This document shows positions 39,007 through 49,072 of a stretch of 64,000 nucleotides of DNA, piece by piece. The notes under the pieces are model-generated. The model was not told the origin of the DNA and made no database searches. It worked only from the letters and a program-made list of their open reading frames with translations. Location of the stretch: contig JBGAVD010000006.1 in the NCBI GenBank assembly GCA_044228285.1, positions 66,077 through 130,076 of the forward strand, given 5' to 3'. The stretch's first letter is position 1; the number at the start of each line of letters is the position of its first letter. This stretch comes from Chlorobiota bacterium. Its GTDB lineage: Bacteria > Bacteroidota > Ignavibacteria > Kapaibacteriales > NICIL-2. A program made the position numbers and the translations under genes.

Positions 39007-40146
39007 CTACGCACAGACTAAGGCAGCCGCTTGAGCGCCGATATCAGAACCAATGGCGACACCCATCCCGTTACAACCAAATCCCACAACAACGTTGGGA
39101 CTGATATGTTGTACGATAGGCGACTTATCGGATTGAAATCCCATGATGCCAGCCCAGCGCATATCAACCTCGAAGGCAACGCCGGGGAGAATCACCGTAC
39201 GCAAGTACTCATCCAGATTGTTTTGCATCTGCTCAGTCGTTTGAAACTCTGCAGTAGTTTCTCCTTCGATATCCAGATTACGTCCGCCACCAAACAGCAC
39301 ACGCGTACCAACATTGCGGAAGTAGTAGAAGCCTTCATCAAAGTGGAAGACACCACGAAATCGCAGATCGGGAATAGGATGTGTGATGAGGACTTGTCCG
39401 CGGGCAGGTTGTATCGGCAGACCACCCATCAAAAGCAGTGCAAGCGCATTAGTACAGAGTACAACCCTCTCCGCGCGAAAGCGAATCGTGTCGTTGAGAA
39501 TATGACGTCGCACCTCAAGCTCTACGCCACTACTTCGTTCATGTACCTGTTGAACATCAGCACCAGTGATGATCCGTACACCCTTCGCGGCTGCGAGCAA
39601 CGACAAATTCTTCATCGCCATACCACTATTGATACTGCCTTCATGCGGTGTAGCAACAATGTGCTCAACCTTGCTCTGACTAAAACCAAAACGGCTGACT
39701 AGTGAGTCGTCAAGCTGAAAATACTCTGACCCAAACATCGGTTGCATAATCTGGTTCATCGCATCGAGACTATTGAGCGCAGCACTCGTATCGCCCCAAA
39801 GCAGTTCATAACCACCAACCATGTCCAAACCCAGCTTCTCGTCACCCAAGCGATGTCGCAACAGATCAAGTCCCCGCTTCCGTTGCGCAATCACCCGCGT
39901 CGCGGCCTCCTCACCCATTACCCGCACATCCTGGAGTATTTCTGTCAAGCTTCCATAGCAAGCAAAACCAGCATTCTTTGTACTGGCGCCCGCGGGCAAG
40001 ATCTCACGCTCAAGGATCACAACATCATAGTCCGGATGTAATTCCTTAATGCTTATCGCTGTTGATAATCCAATGATCCCTGAGCCAACAACAGCAATAG
40101 TCGATTGCAATAACTCTTCTCGTTCCCAGTATGAAAGTGTAGACAT
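39007..40146 (-). CDS. FAD-dependent oxidoreductase (DAO/PuuB-like)
   Basis: VVGSGIIG, GASTKNAGF, PARGQV, WAGIMG, NGMGVA. Confidence 0.88.
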   Translation of the reverse strand: MSTLSYWEREELLQSTIAVVGSGIIGLSTAISIKELHPDYDVVILEREILPAGASTKNAGFACYGSLTEILQDVRVMGEEAATRVIAQRKRGLDLLRHRLGDEKLGLDMVGGYELLWGDTSAALNSLDAMNQIMQPMFGSEYFQLDDSLVSRFGFSQSKVEHIVATPHEGSINSGMAMKNLSLLAAAKGVRIITGADVQQVHERSSGVELEVRRHILNDTIRFRAERVVLCTNALALLLMGGLPIQPARGQVLITHPIPDLRFRGVFHFDEGFYYFRNVGTRVLFGGGRNLDIEGETTAEFQTTEQMQNNLDEYLRTVILPGVAFEVDMRWAGIMGFQSDKSPIVQHISPNVVVGFGCNGMGVAIGSDIGAQAAALVCA

Positions 40147-40242
40147 TTCGTGTTCTTGAATCTGATTCTTGTTGAGAATATCTGTCTTTGTTGTGATTTA
40201 CAAGATAAAGACAGTGAGTGGTGTGTACACACGGTTTTGAGC

Positions 40243-40581
40243 TCACACCCGGTCGCTGAGCGCAGTCACCCTTCGACTCCGCTCAGGGTCCTTTTCGTGA
40301 CTCCGCTCTGAAACATAAACAACGCTCGCTCACACTCGGTCGCTGAGCGGAGCCGAAGCGCGGTTGCGCTTACCCTCGTGTGGATCGCAACGGCCCTTCG
40401 ACTCCGCTCAGGGACCACCCTTCGACTCCGCTCAGGGTCCTTTCCGTGACTCCGCTCTGAAACATAAACGACACTCGCTCACACCCGGTCGCTGAGCGGA
40501 GCCGAAGCATGGTCCCTGAGCGGAGTCGAAGGGTGGTTGCTGAGCGGAGCCGAAGCATGGTTGCTGAGCGGAGCCGAAGCA
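40243..40581. repeat. Cluster of about nine REP copies (CTTCGACTCCGCTCAG / CTGAGCGGAGCCGAAG) in both orientations
   Basis: Copies at ~40270, 40395 and 40419 (forward) and ~40256 (partial), 40342, 40492, 40516, 40540 and 40564 (reverse; last four at a 24-bp period). A ~90-bp block is duplicated. The cluster abuts the dnaX stop codon. Confidence 0.88.
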
Positions 40582-42576
40582 CTAATTACTCTGCAACGGA
40601 ATCTTCTTAGCTGAGAAAAGCTCCACCAAACTCTTCTCGATGGGAAGTCGATCAGACGCGGTGCTGTTAGAGGAGAGGCTTGTACTGGCATCCGAGGCAG
40701 CCAAGGCTGCAGCGCTACTTGGCGAAGCTGTGGTGTTTGCTGAGGATGATGTTGGTGCAGCGGGAGTGCTTGCACTAAGGTCACTTGAATCGCTGTCGGA
40801 TTCTGCGACCTGTTCATGGATGTTTTGGGTGTGTACCACACGAACGCGGACGCTTGAGCCGAAGAACTTTTCGAATTGAGTTCCGAGTGGAGCGCGGCGC
40901 GCGTTGATGTCGTCGCACATAAACTTCTCAGAATTTAGCACGAGAATCTCGCCATCGAAGAAACGTACACTGCATACTTCTTTTGAGTTGAAGCTGAGCT
41001 TGATGGCTGCCAAACTTGGAGGAAAAGACTTCAAGAACTCTGCCCAGCCTGCTTGGAGTACGGAGGAGGATATCTGTGGTCCTTCTACGAAGGACTGAGC
41101 AACCTCGGCATCAATTGCCTGTTGTACTCGGGCTTGAGCACTTAAGGACTTGGGATCAATGGCCGACTTCTGATTTGTACTCATCGACGTCTTAGAGCCT
41201 GAGCTTGTTGGCGCAGAAGAGCTTTGTGAGGCTGAAAAACGACTGCTTTCGCGAGGTGCATCGGCGCTAGAGCTGCGCGAAGGTGTTGATGCGAGCGGCG
41301 TTGATTGAAAAACTGCTGGCGAGGAGGCAGCTGCAGATGCAGTGTTTCGTGCTGCGCTTGGTGGACTTGGCATGGTTGCGTGCACTGGCGCACTCAACAT
41401 TCCTATCTTAGAGCCGTTTTTTTTTAAGTCCCGAACTTCAGCCAGGAGTTGCGAAATCTCTACTGTTGAGTCCATCGATGCCAGTTGCGTCAGCAACAAC
41501 TCCAGTCGAAATCTGGGCTGCGCGGAAAAGCGCAATTGCGCATCTGTCGTGTTGATCATGGTCATGATACGCAAAACATCCGCTTGCTTAAAGTTCTTGG
41601 CGGCGTTGCGATAGCGTTCAATTGAAGCGGACGATGATTCGATGACGCTTGTTTGCCCAGTGGCAATGATGCTGAGGATATTGCGGAAGTGCTCGGTGAG
41701 CCCGCTTAAACACTCATGAATATCATATCCACGACTTATGAGCTGCTTCACTAAGTCAAACATGGTTGCCGAGTCATGTGCAGTGACAGCATCGCTGATC
41801 TGAAAAAAGAACTCTTCGTCGATCAGATGTAAGGCGTTGGCTAGATCGGCAATGACAATGTTCTCTCCACAAAAGGCTCGCACTTGGTCGAAGATACTCT
41901 GCGAATCACGCATGGAACCGTCACCCTTTTTGGCAATGGCAACGAGTGATGCTTCGTCGATCGAAACCTTCTCTGCTTCAGCAATGTGCGCGAGGTGTTT
42001 GACGATATCGTCGATTTGCATGCGACGAAAATCGAAGCGCTGGCAGCGGCTGACGATGGTTGCTGGGACTTTCTGTGACTCCGTTGTTGCGAACATGAAC
42101 AACAAGTGCGGAGGTGGCTCTTCTAAGGTCTTGAGTAAGGCGTTGAATGCTGAGGTCGACAACATGTGCACCTCATCGATGATATACATCTTGTAGCGTC
42201 CATGCACCGGAGGATACTTCGCGTTCTCTCGCAATTTTCGAATGTCATCCACGGAATTGTTCGATGCTCCGTCTATCTCGATAACATCAAGCGAACGACC
42301 ACCAAGTATGTCCCGACACGAATCACATTCGTTACAGGGCTCAACACCGTTTTTGGCATTTGTACAATTCAATGCGCGAGCAAAAATGCGCGCCGTTGTG
42401 GTCTTCCCCACTCCACGTGGACCACAAAACAAATAGGCATGATGGACTCGACCGCTCAGAAGAGCGTTTGATAGCGTCGTTGAGATATGCTCCTGACCTA
42501 CGACCTCAGAAAAGAGCTGAGGACGCCATTTGCGAGCAGTGACAACAAACGAGTCTATGCGTTCTTGGTCAGCCAT
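40582..42576 (-). CDS. dnaX: DNA polymerase III subunit gamma/tau
   Basis: ARKWRPQ.F..VVGQEH, GPRGVGKTT, CxxC zinc module, EIDGASNN, IIDEVHMLS, SRCQRF; Ser/Ala/Pro-rich linker. Confidence 0.97.
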   Translation of the reverse strand: MADQERIDSFVVTARKWRPQLFSEVVGQEHISTTLSNALLSGRVHHAYLFCGPRGVGKTTTARIFARALNCTNAKNGVEPCNECDSCRDILGGRSLDVIEIDGASNNSVDDIRKLRENAKYPPVHGRYKMYIIDEVHMLSTSAFNALLKTLEEPPPHLLFMFATTESQKVPATIVSRCQRFDFRRMQIDDIVKHLAHIAEAEKVSIDEASLVAIAKKGDGSMRDSQSIFDQVRAFCGENIVIADLANALHLIDEEFFFQISDAVTAHDSATMFDLVKQLISRGYDIHECLSGLTEHFRNILSIIATGQTSVIESSSASIERYRNAAKNFKQADVLRIMTMINTTDAQLRFSAQPRFRLELLLTQLASMDSTVEISQLLAEVRDLKKNGSKIGMLSAPVHATMPSPPSAARNTASAAASSPAVFQSTPLASTPSRSSSADAPRESSRFSASQSSSAPTSSGSKTSMSTNQKSAIDPKSLSAQARVQQAIDAEVAQSFVEGPQISSSVLQAGWAEFLKSFPPSLAAIKLSFNSKEVCSVRFFDGEILVLNSEKFMCDDINARRAPLGTQFEKFFGSSVRVRVVHTQNIHEQVAESDSDSSDLSASTPAAPTSSSANTTASPSSAAALAASDASTSLSSNSTASDRLPIEKSLVELFSAKKIPLQSN
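41417..41425 (-). other. A9 homopolymer in dnaX, candidate slippage site producing a gamma subunit
   Basis: Coding strand GAC TTA AAA AAA AAC GGC TCT AAG ATA G at codons ~383-391; both shifted frames stop within a few codons. Confidence 0.65.
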
Positions 42577-42995
42577 GATGGTAGATGATGAAAGGAGCTC
42601 TTAAGGTGGATAGCGTTGCAATTTCAGGAAAAAAGTTGATGCGGGAGAGCGAAAAGGCGGAGTGTGGAGAACCGAGAGGCTCGCGGAGGATTGCAGCTAT
42701 GTGCTTCTCCTTTCTAAGGCCTAAGAGAATAAAGATTTGCGCAGTCCTGGACGATATACTCTCTATGCCGCAGGCCGCTAGTTATGAGGGACGAAAAGTC
42801 CTTTTTCGAGGCTATCCAGGCCGGTGAGCTCAGACTCAGTAACCGACAATTCAGCTAGGATTTCTTTCAATTTCACCACAACGCTGTGTTTTCGCATCAC
42901 CATAAAATAGCCAGCTCTCTCATTGTGCTGCTTTGCTGCGGTTTGATCGCTATGCTTGGTCTGCTCGTTGCGCCCGATCAAAACTCCTCTGCCTC

Positions 42996-44387
42996 TCAAG
43001 CTACCAGAATGGGCTTGACGTTCACAAACTCCCGAATGCCGAAAGCTGATAGCTCTCGTCCCCATCCTGAATCCTTCACGCCACCAAAAGGAAAACGGGG
43101 ATCGGATTTTACGAAGTCGTTGACGAAGCAACACCCGGCATCCAGAGACAACGCAACGCGTTCCGCTCGCACGGTATCTGAGCTAAACACCGCTGAAGCT
43201 AAGCCATAAGAACTGCGATTCGCTAACTCGATAAGCTCTTCTTCGTTTCGGGCATGAATGATTGCTGCTGCCGGACCAAACAACTCTTCGTCGAATGCTG
43301 GCATTCCTGGTTGCACTCCGCTGATAACCGAAGGATAGTAGTATGCAGCCTGTAACTCCTCTGCCTTTCCCTTACCGCCCTCAAGAAGTACACGAGCCCC
43401 AGCTTGCACGCTGCGAGTAACTTGATCCACTAGTGCATCGCGTAGATCAAGTCTGGCCATGGGACCCACAGTTGTGCTGGCATCAAGTGGATTTCCAACA
43501 ATGGCCTTTTGCATTTCAGCTACGAAGGCTTCTTCAAACTGCTTCGCTACGGACGACATCACAATAAACCGCTTTGCAGAAACGCAGCTTTGTCCGGCGT
43601 TAATGAGTCGAGAGGTTGCACAAATGCGCGCCGCTGCTTCTACATCACAATCATCCAGAACACAGTAGGCGTCACTACCACCCAACTCCAAGACGCTTTT
43701 CTTTAGGGCATGTCCGGCGAGAGCCGCCACTGCACGTCCACCTCTGGTACTCCCCGTAAAGGTCACTGCCGACACAGATGGGTGTTGAATAACACGAGCT
43801 GCTTGCTCAACGCTTGCAAGGATAGTCACAAACTCCCCAGAATTCATCCCAGCTTCCTCGAAGAGTCGTTGGATCATCAGTGCACACCCGCCTACCTCTG
43901 GCGAGTGCTTGAGGATCACTGTATTCCCAGCCATCATTGCAGGCACAGCCGCTCGTATAACTTGCCAGAAGGGAAAATTCCAGGGCATGATTGCAAAGAG
44001 AAGCCCCAACGCTTGAAAGTGTATTCTCGAACTCTGGTACTCAGTCTCAACACCCATCGGCGCTAAGACTTGAATTGCCTCGTGCGCCATGTACTCGCAG
44101 CACTGCGCACACTTCAGCATCTCTGCCCTCCCCTGCGCTAGCGGCTTTCCCATCTCAGCAGCCATAAGCAGCGCTGCTTCCTCTACGTGGGCACGGAGTA
44201 TATGCGCAAGACGCTGAAAGTAGATGGCTCGGAGCTCGATCTCTGTTGAACGCCATACTCGCTGTGCCTCGAAGCAAGCTTGCACTCGCTCTTCAATTTG
44301 AGCCTCGCTGTAGAAAGCATACTCAGCAATACACTCAAGAGTTGCTGGGTTGATTGATCGTTGATGAAGGGTAGTGGTCGAGCTCAT
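42996..44387 (-). CDS. NAD(P)-dependent succinate-semialdehyde dehydrogenase-like aldehyde dehydrogenase (GabD1/Sad type)
   Basis: SINPAT, IMPWNFPFWQV.R, TGST, LELGGSD, NAGQSCVSAKRF, EELFGP, FGGVKDSG.GREL. Confidence 0.9.
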   Translation of the reverse strand: MSSTTTLHQRSINPATLECIAEYAFYSEAQIEERVQACFEAQRVWRSTEIELRAIYFQRLAHILRAHVEEAALLMAAEMGKPLAQGRAEMLKCAQCCEYMAHEAIQVLAPMGVETEYQSSRIHFQALGLLFAIMPWNFPFWQVIRAAVPAMMAGNTVILKHSPEVGGCALMIQRLFEEAGMNSGEFVTILASVEQAARVIQHPSVSAVTFTGSTRGGRAVAALAGHALKKSVLELGGSDAYCVLDDCDVEAAARICATSRLINAGQSCVSAKRFIVMSSVAKQFEEAFVAEMQKAIVGNPLDASTTVGPMARLDLRDALVDQVTRSVQAGARVLLEGGKGKAEELQAAYYYPSVISGVQPGMPAFDEELFGPAAAIIHARNEEELIELANRSSYGLASAVFSSDTVRAERVALSLDAGCCFVNDFVKSDPRFPFGGVKDSGWGRELSAFGIREFVNVKPILVA

Positions 44388-44878
44388 AATACACGCAGTG
44401 TGAGTTTGTGAGTGATGATCATTCAGACATCACTGAAACAGAACAGAACAGAACCAGAGTCAATCAAATGCTGCAGATGCAGTTCTGAGCATCCTGAAGC
44501 GCATTGACATTTGCTGGAACTTGCTTCGTTGTTCATTGGAGTACTCGCAGTAGAATCGTTTACTCTGCAAGCCAAAATATGATGGACCTTGCATATGTCT
44601 CATGAGTTACTGATTCATACCTGGAAATTCATTTTCTCTTAGACGATACAGATTCTACTTGGACAATGGTGCTTGGTACATAGATCCTTCATCGAACAAG
44701 TTCAAGACAAGTTCAAGACAAGTCCACAACATTCACCTACCCGTATGGAGTGCTGCTTGCAGCACATGAGCGCAATGAGTCAGGCTGAGAGCGATTGCAC
44801 ATAAAGGTCTGGAAGCATTGTAGACATTTGGAAGTTGATGAAGCTCCGTGGCGGCGCAGCCGCCGCGAGTATTATGAC

Positions 44879-45535
44879 TTATGCAAGATCATCAGGTTTG
44901 GCATCATCTTCTTGCAGCTGTCGAAAGAGTTCTCGCATGGGTTCGATATGGCGGATGAAGAATATCAGACAGATCAGCCAGACCATGGCTTTGAACTGGA
45001 AGAGATTGACGTTTGGGACCAACATTGTTTTTTCGAGGAGCATTGCGGGGGTGGTGTAGAGCAGAAGTGCCAGACCAAGGATTCCGCTGATGCTGCCTAC
45101 GTGTACATCGCGACGAATAATGATGTACCCCGTGAGGTACATGAGAAGCCAGAGGATCATGGGGAGTGGGTTAAGGGCGAGGCTTACGCCAACGCCTGAG
45201 GCCAGACCGCGGCCACCGTGAAATTTGAAGAAGATATTAAAGCAATGTCCAAACACCACAAACACGCCCGCCATGGCAACGCCAAAGAAATCAGCGCCAA
45301 GGAGCAAGGCAATTTTGACGGCAGCGAAGCCTTTGAGGGCGTCAAGAATCGTGACAACGATACCTACCCATTTCTTGCCGCTGACGTCATAGCTGTTCAT
45401 GGCACCCATGTTGCCTGTGCCTTCGGTGCGTATGTCTTTTCCAGCGGCGAGGCGGACAACCAGCCATGAATTAGGGATGCAACCCAGGAAATAGGCGATG
45501 ATGGCACAGAGGAAAGAGAGCAGGTCGATGGTCAT
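44879..45535 (-). CDS. plsY: Glycerol-3-phosphate acyltransferase
   Basis: YFLGCIP, DIRTEGTGNMGAMN, DALKG, GH.F.IF.KF.GGRG, RH. Confidence 0.92.
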   Translation of the reverse strand: MTIDLLSFLCAIIAYFLGCIPNSWLVVRLAAGKDIRTEGTGNMGAMNSYDVSGKKWVGIVVTILDALKGFAAVKIALLLGADFFGVAMAGVFVVFGHCFNIFFKFHGGRGLASGVGVSLALNPLPMILWLLMYLTGYIIIRRDVHVGSISGILGLALLLYTTPAMLLEKTMLVPNVNLFQFKAMVWLICLIFFIRHIEPMRELFRQLQEDDAKPDDLA

Positions 45536-45550
45536 GGGAGAAAACGCAAG

Positions 45551-45580
45551 CTTAGTTCATTCTTAATTCATTCTTAACTT
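45551..45580. promoter_or_regulatory. Triple 11-bp direct repeat, OmpR-family (PmrA/PhoP/PhoB-like) binding site candidate
   Basis: CTTAGTTCATT CTTAATTCATT CTTAACTT in the 76-bp divergent gap between plsY and the ArnT-like gene. Confidence 0.55.
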
Positions 45581-45611
45581 CCCGCAAATTACGTTCTGGG
45601 GAAGTCCGATC

Positions 45612-47477
45612 ATGTCTCGTAATCCAGCCACCGATGTTTTAAGTCACAACGCACTACTGATTCTCATCAGTTGTTCGCTCTTGTATTTCATCACTCTGGG
45701 CGCGCGCGAAGTCCAGCCCTACGAAGAAGCATACAACGCCACGAGGGCTCGAGCGGTGATTGAGCATAATACGTGGTGGGATCAGAGCAACTATTCTTTG
45801 GGTGGTGTGGTAACGGCAGCTAAGCCGCCACTGAGTGTTTGGGCACAGTCCTTTTTTATGAAGCCTATGCACATGACACCCATGTCCGTTCGCCTCTTCA
45901 GCACCCTGTGTGCAGTTGGATCGCTCTTCCTCATGTACCTCATTGCATGCAGCGTGCTTCCGAGAAAGACAGCGATTCTTTCGGTGGCTTTATTGAGTTC
46001 TACGTTGGTGTGGAATCACTTTGCCAGACTCGGTACAGGCGATATCGTGCACGCTTGCTTTACTCTCTTGTGTTTGTATGCACTTCTTCAAGCCAGACGT
46101 GAGGGCGATCCCTTCCGACGCTTGCTATACATTGGCTTGTACGCGCTATCACTTGCAGCAGCAATCGAGACAGATCTCATTGCCTCCATCATTCCTCTAG
46201 GCTTTCTTGTACTCCTTTGGTTGCAAACTCTGGCACTACGACTTACTCCTCTCGATCAAGACGCCTTGCTCAACGCCTTCGCGGCGCTCCATCCGGATGA
46301 ACAAAAGAATAAGAGTCTGCGTCTTCAATTTCTGGTGGCAGCTGCAATTGCGCTCTGTTGCTCGCTTCCCTGGTATGTGCACATGGCAACTGCCCATGGA
46401 TCTACTTTCTGGTCATCGCTATTTCATCCACTCGCTGGCGCTGATGCGAGCTGGTCGTTTCCGGCAAGCCCCTACTACATCAACGCTCTTCTCATAGCGC
46501 AACCTATAGCCTTCTTTGCATTTGTGTGGTTAGGAGTTTGGATAAAGGAAGGTCGCAAAGTGTTTGCCCATTCCTTCGATGTGAGCATTGAGCTTGTGCT
46601 CGCTTTGTGGTTTGTGCTGAGTGTGGTGGTCATTTCACTCTTGCCCTTGAAGCAGGGCAGCAGTGTTGTGTATATGGTTGCGCCGGCAATTCTGCTCAGT
46701 CTGCGCGGACTTGATGTGCTCATGCAGAACTGGTCACGAAAAAAGCAGGGCATTACTCTTCTCTTTCTTGCCTTGATTGTTGTCATCTGGTCATCAGCTT
46801 ATCCACTTCGTAGCAGTGTACAAGACCTGTTTCAACTACATTTCAATATTACTGCATTGGCATTTGTTCTGCTTGTACTCGTGCTGATGTTGTCGGCATT
46901 GAAGTTCAACACCGAGCGTCGCTTCAGTGTTAACGTCATCATTCACCGACTCTTTATGTCGGTCATACCTATCGTGCTTGTTCTACGTATTGCGGCACTC
47001 AATGTGTGGTCGATCGACGAAGCACGTCGAGGAGCGCAGAAAACTGGCAAGTGGCTGCATGATTCAGAAGTCCACGACTTTATCATTCTGGCACATCCTG
47101 AGCAAGAGAACGACAGCCTATGTTCTCAGCTTTCGTGGTACACACAGGGTTGGGCTGGCTGGCCAGGAACGAAAACTACCAGTCCATGGAAAGAGCGCTA
47201 CGGTACAAGCTATGCGCGAATAACAGATTTGCAACATGATGATGTTGCCATTGCATGGTTAGAGAACGTGAATCAGCCGATAGTGTATGTACGTCCTGCG
47301 GACGATAGTCTTGCAGCTCGTGAAGAGCGGGTACTTGCCAGCATGCACACCCGACGTTTGGAGACACCAGCCTATTCTATTTTTTCACGTCGAAGCTATT
47401 CGGGTACTCTTGAAGATCTTGAGTCGGAAGCCGCACTACAGCGAGATCCGGCTAAGGTGTTTGCGCATCATCGTTAG
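45612..47477 (+). CDS. ArnT-family (GT83-like) membrane glycosyltransferase
   Basis: YEEAY after TM1, KPPL..W, VRLFS, R...D, PWYV..HG..F; multiple TMs. Confidence 0.8.
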   Translation: MSRNPATDVLSHNALLILISCSLLYFITLGAREVQPYEEAYNATRARAVIEHNTWWDQSNYSLGGVVTAAKPPLSVWAQSFFMKPMHMTPMSVRLFSTLCAVGSLFLMYLIACSVLPRKTAILSVALLSSTLVWNHFARLGTGDIVHACFTLLCLYALLQARREGDPFRRLLYIGLYALSLAAAIETDLIASIIPLGFLVLLWLQTLALRLTPLDQDALLNAFAALHPDEQKNKSLRLQFLVAAAIALCCSLPWYVHMATAHGSTFWSSLFHPLAGADASWSFPASPYYINALLIAQPIAFFAFVWLGVWIKEGRKVFAHSFDVSIELVLALWFVLSVVVISLLPLKQGSSVVYMVAPAILLSLRGLDVLMQNWSRKKQGITLLFLALIVVIWSSAYPLRSSVQDLFQLHFNITALAFVLLVLVLMLSALKFNTERRFSVNVIIHRLFMSVIPIVLVLRIAALNVWSIDEARRGAQKTGKWLHDSEVHDFIILAHPEQENDSLCSQLSWYTQGWAGWPGTKTTSPWKERYGTSYARITDLQHDDVAIAWLENVNQPIVYVRPADDSLAAREERVLASMHTRRLETPAYSIFSRRSYSGTLEDLESEAALQRDPAKVFAHHR

Positions 47478-47533
47478 CTTTCGGCTCGTGAGCTGTAGTT
47501 TTGTAGCAAACTAATCCACTAGCCGAAGAAATT

Positions 47534-48655
47534 GTGTCTGTTGTTGAATCCCTTGCCCGTTTGGACGCTCAGCTACGTCCCTTCATGATGCACGCACCTG
47601 CATCCTGGACAACCGCGTTCTATTCACGCACCAGACCTCGTTTTATTAAAGCCTTTGCCGCGGAACGTCCAAAAGCCTACATCCCTCAGCCCAAGTGGTC
47701 GCAGGAGCTATGGGGCCTGACCTTTCGCAGTCCAATCTTCAACGCTGCGGGAATGTTCAAGAATGGCGAAGGCTATGAAGTTGTTGCTGCGCAGGGAGCT
47801 GGCGCCTATCTCAGTGGCACTACAACTGCGCGGGCAAGAATGGGTAACACCAAGCGTGGCATAACGCATCCTTTTGTACCCTATCCAGGGAGTGGTAGCG
47901 CATCGAATTGGATGGGATTGCCGAATCGTGGACATGCGGTGGTTGCAAATGTCTTATCACGCGTCAACAAGGTTCCGGGCTGTCCAATGGGAGCCAGTCT
48001 CAGTTCCGACCCAGAACAGCAAGGATTAGAAGCTTTGGGTTCACTCGTAGAAGGAATGAGTCAGTACGAGCAAGCGGGTGTTGACTTCATGGAGTTGAAT
48101 GAGAGTTGTCCGAACGTTGTAGCCCCCGGACACCAAGCGCGCATGGATGAGCTCGACCCTTCGCTCATTGAGCGTTTAGAGTATGTAGCACAGAACTTTT
48201 TGAAGAAGCGCACACGACCTTTGCCCTTGATTGTGAAGCTCTCGAACGATACCAATCCAGACTTGATACCAGCCCTTGTGGACCTCTTGTGCACTCTTGG
48301 TTTTGACGGCATCAATCTTGGCAACACCTCCATTCAGTATGAGCGACACGCTCCTTCGTTTGTAGAATCTGAGCGTGGTGTCTTTCGTTACTTTCGTGAG
48401 AACTTCGGTGGCGGGCTTAGTGGTCGTGTCCTCCACGATTCTTCACTAGAACTCTCGAGGGCTGCGGCGCAGCATGCTGCGCGCAGCATGAAGAATAGTC
48501 AGTTTCATGTGATTCGGTGCGGTGGTATTGAAAGTCTGGAAGATGTCCAACAATCTCAAGCCGCGGGCATCGCACTCTGTGAGTGGTATACTGGTTACTT
48601 TGAGCGCTTCGCCCAGAATGGTCATCAGCTGTACCAACGATTCCTTGGCGACTAA
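47534..48655 (+). CDS. pyrD: Dihydroorotate dehydrogenase, divergent
   Basis: AAGMFKNG, GTTT..R.GN, NWMGLPN.G, ELNESCPN, VKLS.D, GNT, GGLSG, CGGI, YTG. Confidence 0.82.
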   Translation: MSVVESLARLDAQLRPFMMHAPASWTTAFYSRTRPRFIKAFAAERPKAYIPQPKWSQELWGLTFRSPIFNAAGMFKNGEGYEVVAAQGAGAYLSGTTTARARMGNTKRGITHPFVPYPGSGSASNWMGLPNRGHAVVANVLSRVNKVPGCPMGASLSSDPEQQGLEALGSLVEGMSQYEQAGVDFMELNESCPNVVAPGHQARMDELDPSLIERLEYVAQNFLKKRTRPLPLIVKLSNDTNPDLIPALVDLLCTLGFDGINLGNTSIQYERHAPSFVESERGVFRYFRENFGGGLSGRVLHDSSLELSRAAAQHAARSMKNSQFHVIRCGGIESLEDVQQSQAAGIALCEWYTGYFERFAQNGHQLYQRFLGD

Positions 48656-48784
48656 AGAAGGTACTTTTTTGCGCTTCACGCTATCTCGGGCGCACGCTTT
48701 GGGGCGTTCTTAGGTAGCACCTGTCAAAGTCTCATTTCGGAGCCTCGTACAAGCTTCGCTTCACTTTTCCCTTTGAGTTTTAGT

Positions 48785-49072
48785 ATGCAGAAGTTGCGAT
48801 TGTTCAGTCCAGCCCAAATTTTCGTCCTCCTCATTCTTGTGGCTGGAATCACTTTACTCTACGTCAACAATGTGGTACGAGTAAATCAGTTGTTAGCTGA
48901 GATCAAGACCCTTGAGTACTCACGCGATTCTCTCATTTCCTCCACGAACCTCTTGCGCAACGAAGTTTTCCGCCTTGAAAGCAGCGATCGTATCAATCGC
49001 ATTGCGCGAGAAAACATTGGACTAACCCAGCCGGCATCCGCGCCAATCGTGATTGAGCGCAAGAAAGAATAG
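48785..49072 (+). CDS. ftsL: Cell division protein FtsL-like
   Basis: Single TM, coiled coil, L.S.DRI..IA...GL..P; upstream of the class B PBP. Confidence 0.75.
   Translation: MQKLRLFSPAQIFVLLILVAGITLLYVNNVVRVNQLLAEIKTLEYSRDSLISSTNLLRNEVFRLESSDRINRIARENIGLTQPASAPIVIERKKE

Noticed and set aside
40370-40582. ORF MLRLRSATMLRLRSAT..
   Set aside because: It is a translation of the 24-bp REP repeats.
42580-42990. SRP RNA (ffs) or tRNA upstream of dnaX
   Set aside because: No CAGG..GGAA..AGCAG SRP motif or cloverleaf found on either strand.
44400-44800. Short tandem repeats (GAACA x3, CAAGTTCAAGA x2) and a possible gene remnant
   Set aside because: Too short and unstructured to support a call.
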